Source: a virus. From it: DNA of 64,000 nt. Under the pieces are notes generated by a model that worked only from the letters and a program-made list of their open reading frames with translations, had not been told where the DNA came from and did no database searches. Both the position numbers and the translations under genes were made by a program. Within the stretch, counting starts at the first letter, position 1, and each line of letters begins with the position of its first letter. This document shows, piece after piece, positions 60,466-64,000 of the stretch. The DNA lies in IMG/VR virus record IMGVR_UViG_3300005856_000023, positions 32,001-96,000 of that record. The stretch is one strand, 5' to 3'.

Positions 60466-60551
60466 ACCTCTGTGTTAACTAACTCTTTACAAAAACTTCT
60501 TTACTTAGTTAACTCCCTCTTAACAATTTAGTTTAGAAGGAGGTGGCTGGC

Positions 60552-61715
60552 ATGGATGCTAAGAACTTGCAAGTTAGAGATGTAATTGATAGCAAGACCG
60601 TATTTGAAACTAAAGATGGCAAAATTGTGGAAACCTCTGCTTTTCCTTTCTGGAGGCTGGCGTTCAATGTAAAACATGAACTTTCAGATAAGACTTGGCG
60701 GTATGCTGCGGGCTGGAGTGAAGAATACCCTCTAAAGTTTGCACAGGTTCATGTGGAAAGGGACTTGGAAAAGGATGAATTTGCAAATGGCAAAGAGTTT
60801 CAGGAGTTTGTGGAAAAACTGACGAACGGGACTTTTTACGATATGAGTTTCACTTGGGCTGGGTCTGAATGGCTAAAAGGCTACTTTAAGATGGACGAAC
60901 CTTTCAAAATGGAAGTGTGGTCTTATTGGATAAAGGGAGTGCTGATAGGCTTGAGGTTCATTCGCTGGGGCAACTCCACTTACGCATCCAACATCAAAAA
61001 ATTCACAATAGAAACTCCAAGCGGTGTTCTCTTTGAAAAGGAAAGACCGATGCTTAAGGCTTCTCCATATCCTCATAAAGACTGGTATATCATCCACGAG
61101 GTCTCTCAGAAAGACCTTGTAAGAAGTGCAAGGCTGAAAATGGCACATGAATACGGCAGTGCAGTGGGCTATCACACCGCAGGCTTGGCCTCAAGGCTTC
61201 TAAGGGACAAGGGCGTGCTTGGAAAGGTTCTACCTCTAAAGCCCATTGACTTTCAACCTTCTGAAAAGGGAGGCTATATTGTCAAAGGCTACGGCAAATA
61301 CATAATCACAGATGCAAACAAGTTTGGCTATTACCTCATCACAGAAGAACTTGAGAGGGTAAAGTTTGCTAAACTTGTAAAAGAAGTGGATGATGTGGAA
61401 GAGGAAATAAGAGCTTGGGAGAAGATAAAGGCAGAAAGAGAGGAAGAACTAAAGGAGAAACTTCTAAAAGGAGAAGCTTATGTGGTGAGTGTTTCTTATG
61501 TGATGAATGAGAAGAAAATCACAAAATTCTACTACTTAGAAAGGGAAAACGGAAAGCTGGTTCTCAGAGTTCCCAAATGGATGGCAGGACATGTGATAGG
61601 AAAAGGAGGGCAAAGGATAAAGAGATTGCAGGAGGTCTTGGGAGAAAAGGTGTACATAGAGACTTATGATGATGGTGTGATGCCCGAAAAAATTGAGTTG
61701 AGTTTTGGGTGGTAG
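60552..61715 (+). CDS. KH-domain RNA-binding protein, horizontally acquired
   Basis: C-terminal VP..MAGHVIGKGGQRIKRLQ; higher GC; AAGGAGGT SD. Confidence 0.8.
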   Translation: MDAKNLQVRDVIDSKTVFETKDGKIVETSAFPFWRLAFNVKHELSDKTWRYAAGWSEEYPLKFAQVHVERDLEKDEFANGKEFQEFVEKLTNGTFYDMSFTWAGSEWLKGYFKMDEPFKMEVWSYWIKGVLIGLRFIRWGNSTYASNIKKFTIETPSGVLFEKERPMLKASPYPHKDWYIIHEVSQKDLVRSARLKMAHEYGSAVGYHTAGLASRLLRDKGVLGKVLPLKPIDFQPSEKGGYIVKGYGKYIITDANKFGYYLITEELERVKFAKLVKEVDDVEEEIRAWEKIKAEREEELKEKLLKGEAYVVSVSYVMNEKKITKFYYLERENGKLVLRVPKWMAGHVIGKGGQRIKRLQEVLGEKVYIETYDDGVMPEKIELSFGW

Positions 61716-61719
61716 CAAG

Positions 61720-62316
61720 TTAAACTCCTTCGGGCCAGGGTTCAGTAAATGTTAATGAATCTGGAGCAGGTAAATCTTTTTTACTGGTAGCATTTTCAAT
61801 CTTTTGTTTCATTTGATGATATTGTTGTTTAACTCTGTGAACAAAGTATTGTCTGAAAGCAACCTTCATTAATTGTGTAAGCCAGTGATTAATGTAAGGA
61901 TCTTGTGTTGAGCCATAAACTGCTAGTATATTGTTCAAAGCAGTAGTGAAATCAGGATAATATGCTAAAACTTGAGCTGCTATATCTGCTCTTAATTGTG
62001 TTGTATTGATCTGTTTATATGCTAGGTAAGTTTCTCCTACTTCCTTATCAGATATATCAGATTTCTGTTTCGAATCAGGATAGTATGTATTTATATAAGC
62101 CGTTGCTCTGTTTTGTAATAATTTGATTAAGTCTGCTTTGACTTCTGCGAGTTTTTCTGCTTCTGTTTTTACTCTGATTTGTCCGTTGTCAAGAATTACA
62201 TCATCAGGAGATGATACTTCAAGTTCTATTGCTTGGACGCCTTCAGGAACCGCTTCAGGCAACAAAGCACAACAAAGTATGTTTAATTGTGGATGTATGT
62301 AAGCCCAGACTTTCAT
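61720..62316 (-). CDS. tail fibre assembly/chaperone protein
   Basis: Coupled (TAATG) to the fibre gene; ends IENATS..DL....WP. Confidence 0.65.
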   Translation of the reverse strand: MKVWAYIHPQLNILCCALLPEAVPEGVQAIELEVSSPDDVILDNGQIRVKTEAEKLAEVKADLIKLLQNRATAYINTYYPDSKQKSDISDKEVGETYLAYKQINTTQLRADIAAQVLAYYPDFTTALNNILAVYGSTQDPYINHWLTQLMKVAFRQYFVHRVKQQYHQMKQKIENATSKKDLPAPDSLTFTEPWPEGV

Positions 62317-63320
62317 TATGCTAACCTCCTGACTAAGATATAACCTGAAGTTGGTTGTGGAAAAGTAATAGTTCCGAGCGAAGTCCAGACTGTTGTACTA
62401 TCTTTCCAATCTGTAGAAAAAACTACAATAGTTGGGGTATCAATACTACTTCCATATACATCGTAAACACCCTTCACATTTTTATATTGAGTGAAATTTG
62501 TGATAAAAAACGTACAATTAGAAAAAAGCCATCCGCATCTGAATGCTGAATAAGTAGAATAATGGTGGCCAAGATCAATAGAATTTCTATATATAGTTGC
62601 ATATACAAAAGCATTTGTATATTGTGTATTATTAGGGTTTAGAAAAATTGGGTCAAAATTTGCACTTTCATCATAAGCATTACTACAAATCAAATGACAT
62701 TCATAATAAGTCCCGCTTTGCGTTGCTATTCTTAACGGCACACTCGTTGCGTTGCTAAAACTTATATAAGCCTCTTCTCCAACCTGCAACTCATAATCAC
62801 TCGTCGCATTAGTTAAATCAACTCTACGAAATGTATAAACATCGCTTTTCACATAAGTTGCGCTCAAATCTAAAATTCCATTCGCATTGAGAGGGACTAT
62901 CACATTCGGTGCTGGAGTAAGACTTGCATGAAATCCATCAACTTTGTCCGCATTTAGCTGTGTAAGTATATAGTTTAAGTCTATAGCTGTATCCATTTCA
63001 TACGAACTAATTCTATAAATAATAACCTTATCCATATCGTATTCAGCATTAATCGGCGATGTTACATACACTTTTGAATTGCTAACCCTATAGGTTGGAG
63101 GATCTGTACTTACATTAAATATTCCAGTTTGTAAGTCATATATGACATACAACGAACTATTCGGTGGAGGTGTTGTTGGTAGATTATAAGAGTCAACTAA
63201 AGTTCGAGCTGTAACATGATTCTTATAATACAGGAGTATTCTATTATTTCGAGAATCGTAAAAGCATTTTGCTTCATAAATTTTTGCTAGAATCGGAATA
63301 TCTTTTTGTAACAAGTCCAT
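62316..63320 (-). CDS. tail fibre / receptor-binding protein
   Basis: LNADKVDGFHAS fibre motif; beta-rich C-terminal domain; AGC class. Confidence 0.75.
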   Translation of the reverse strand: MDLLQKDIPILAKIYEAKCFYDSRNNRILLYYKNHVTARTLVDSYNLPTTPPPNSSLYVIYDLQTGIFNVSTDPPTYRVSNSKVYVTSPINAEYDMDKVIIYRISSYEMDTAIDLNYILTQLNADKVDGFHASLTPAPNVIVPLNANGILDLSATYVKSDVYTFRRVDLTNATSDYELQVGEEAYISFSNATSVPLRIATQSGTYYECHLICSNAYDESANFDPIFLNPNNTQYTNAFVYATIYRNSIDLGHHYSTYSAFRCGWLFSNCTFFITNFTQYKNVKGVYDVYGSSIDTPTIVVFSTDWKDSTTVWTSLGTITFPQPTSGYILVRRLA

Positions 63321-63392
63321 AAAACGTTTAATTGCTTATTAAAACATAAAATGAAAATAATTTTTGTTTAGTTTATACAGCATTGTCTAAGT

Positions 63393-64000
63393 ATGAACAA
63401 TCTTAAACAAAAACTTGAACTGGAAAAGATTAAAAAGAAGGAAAGAGAAATTAGAAAGATATTTAAACATGCTAATTTGAAAGATTTTAATGTAGACGAT
63501 TTTAGTAAGAACGTAAACAACATTCCTTATCTTCAATATGCTCTCAACTTGGAAATGTATAACGATATGCTTTTTAAAATCAAATATGTAAATAAAGATC
63601 TATCAAATCTTGTATTTACAGTAGATAAGGATTATGAAGTTGAGATTTTAACAATAAACCTTAATGGACAATTAAGATGGTCAAAAATAGTAGAAGTAAG
63701 TGTACATCTAAATTTGGATGGATATAGCATACAACTAAAAGATGAATATGCTAACAATCTAAAAATGAAACAAACTAATTTTAAAGTATCTAGTGATCAT
63801 TCTTTACTTGTTTATGATGTTAGCAAACAGAAAATAATCAAAGCTACACCAAAGAAAATTTCTCGCAATCTAGACAACTATTGTTTTATTGGTTATCCAA
63901 AGAAACTATTCAACAATTATATAGAGATAGAGCGGTACGAAGATTTAGCTTTCATACCTTGTTCTTGGTTTGAATTTAAACCAGAACAAAAGTTAACTTT
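63393..64000 (+). CDS. partial ORF containing a Hint/intein-like domain
   Basis: Open to window end; EILTINLNGQLRWSKIVEVSVH...FKVSSDHSLLVYD...IKATPKKI resembles intein blocks including TxDH. Confidence 0.55.
   Translation, partial: MNNLKQKLELEKIKKKEREIRKIFKHANLKDFNVDDFSKNVNNIPYLQYALNLEMYNDMLFKIKYVNKDLSNLVFTVDKDYEVEILTINLNGQLRWSKIVEVSVHLNLDGYSIQLKDEYANNLKMKQTNFKVSSDHSLLVYDVSKQKIIKATPKKISRNLDNYCFIGYPKKLFNNYIEIERYEDLAFIPCSWFEFKPEQKLT

Noticed and set aside
4015-62549. Short ORFs antisense to or nested in long genes (e.g. 4618-5046, 7033-7554, 38476-39895, 60873-61175)
   Set aside because: Shadow frames of well-supported genes, without promoter motif or SD
1-64000. Archaeal host, suggested by leaderless genes, T-tracts, AEP and RFC
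   Set aside because: The motif lies at about -14 to -7 rather than the TATA position near -26; ThyX and NrdAB look Aquificaceae-like; a consensus sigma70 promoter and an M23-like peptidase are present. Not formally excluded.
1-64000. Stop-codon reassignment
   Set aside because: Conserved genes are full length in the standard code and end in TAA, TAG and TGA
1-64000. tRNA/rRNA genes, integrase, transposase, chimallin or PhuZ
   Set aside because: None recognisable by eye in this window; a divergent shell protein could be missed

Overview
A 64-kb slice of a large, AT-rich (roughly 30% GC by eye) lytic contractile-tailed phage. The host is most likely a thermophilic Aquificaceae bacterium, since ThyX and NrdA/NrdB look Aquifex/Hydrogenobacter-like. 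Functional modules are scattered rather than clustered. They include a T4 gp23-like major capsid, portal, large terminase, two sheath-like and two tube-like proteins, baseplate and fibre genes, and at least three fragments of split multisubunit RNA polymerase(s). Replication and nucleotide genes are DnaB, AEP primase, RecA, RFC-like clamp loader, putative sliding clamp, Cas4-like nuclease, NrdAB, ThyX, dNMP kinase and HPRT. A 7-deazaguanine DNA-modification pathway (FolE, QueE, QueC, Gat, DpdA-like) is also present. The most striking signal is regulatory. Nearly every native gene looks like its own leaderless transcription unit, with one of two mutually exclusive motifs just before the ATG: CTAAA(T/A)TT-N6-7-ATG for replication, RNAP and metabolism genes, and AGC-N9-13-ATG mostly for virion genes. 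Most of these genes end in a hairpin-less T-run right after the stop. Horizontally acquired, GC-richer genes with Shine-Dalgarno sites (mainly 46.5-53.8 kb) are wired into this programme by copied promoter-plus-SD leader cassettes. Also seen: a four-copy tandem paralog array, a candidate structured sRNA, a recurrent anti-SD-like element, a 1.3-kb non-coding origin-like region, pseudogenes and a Hint-like ORF. Many CDS starts below are moved to the ATG that fits the promoter motif. All homology calls come from recognising motifs by eye, not from database searches.
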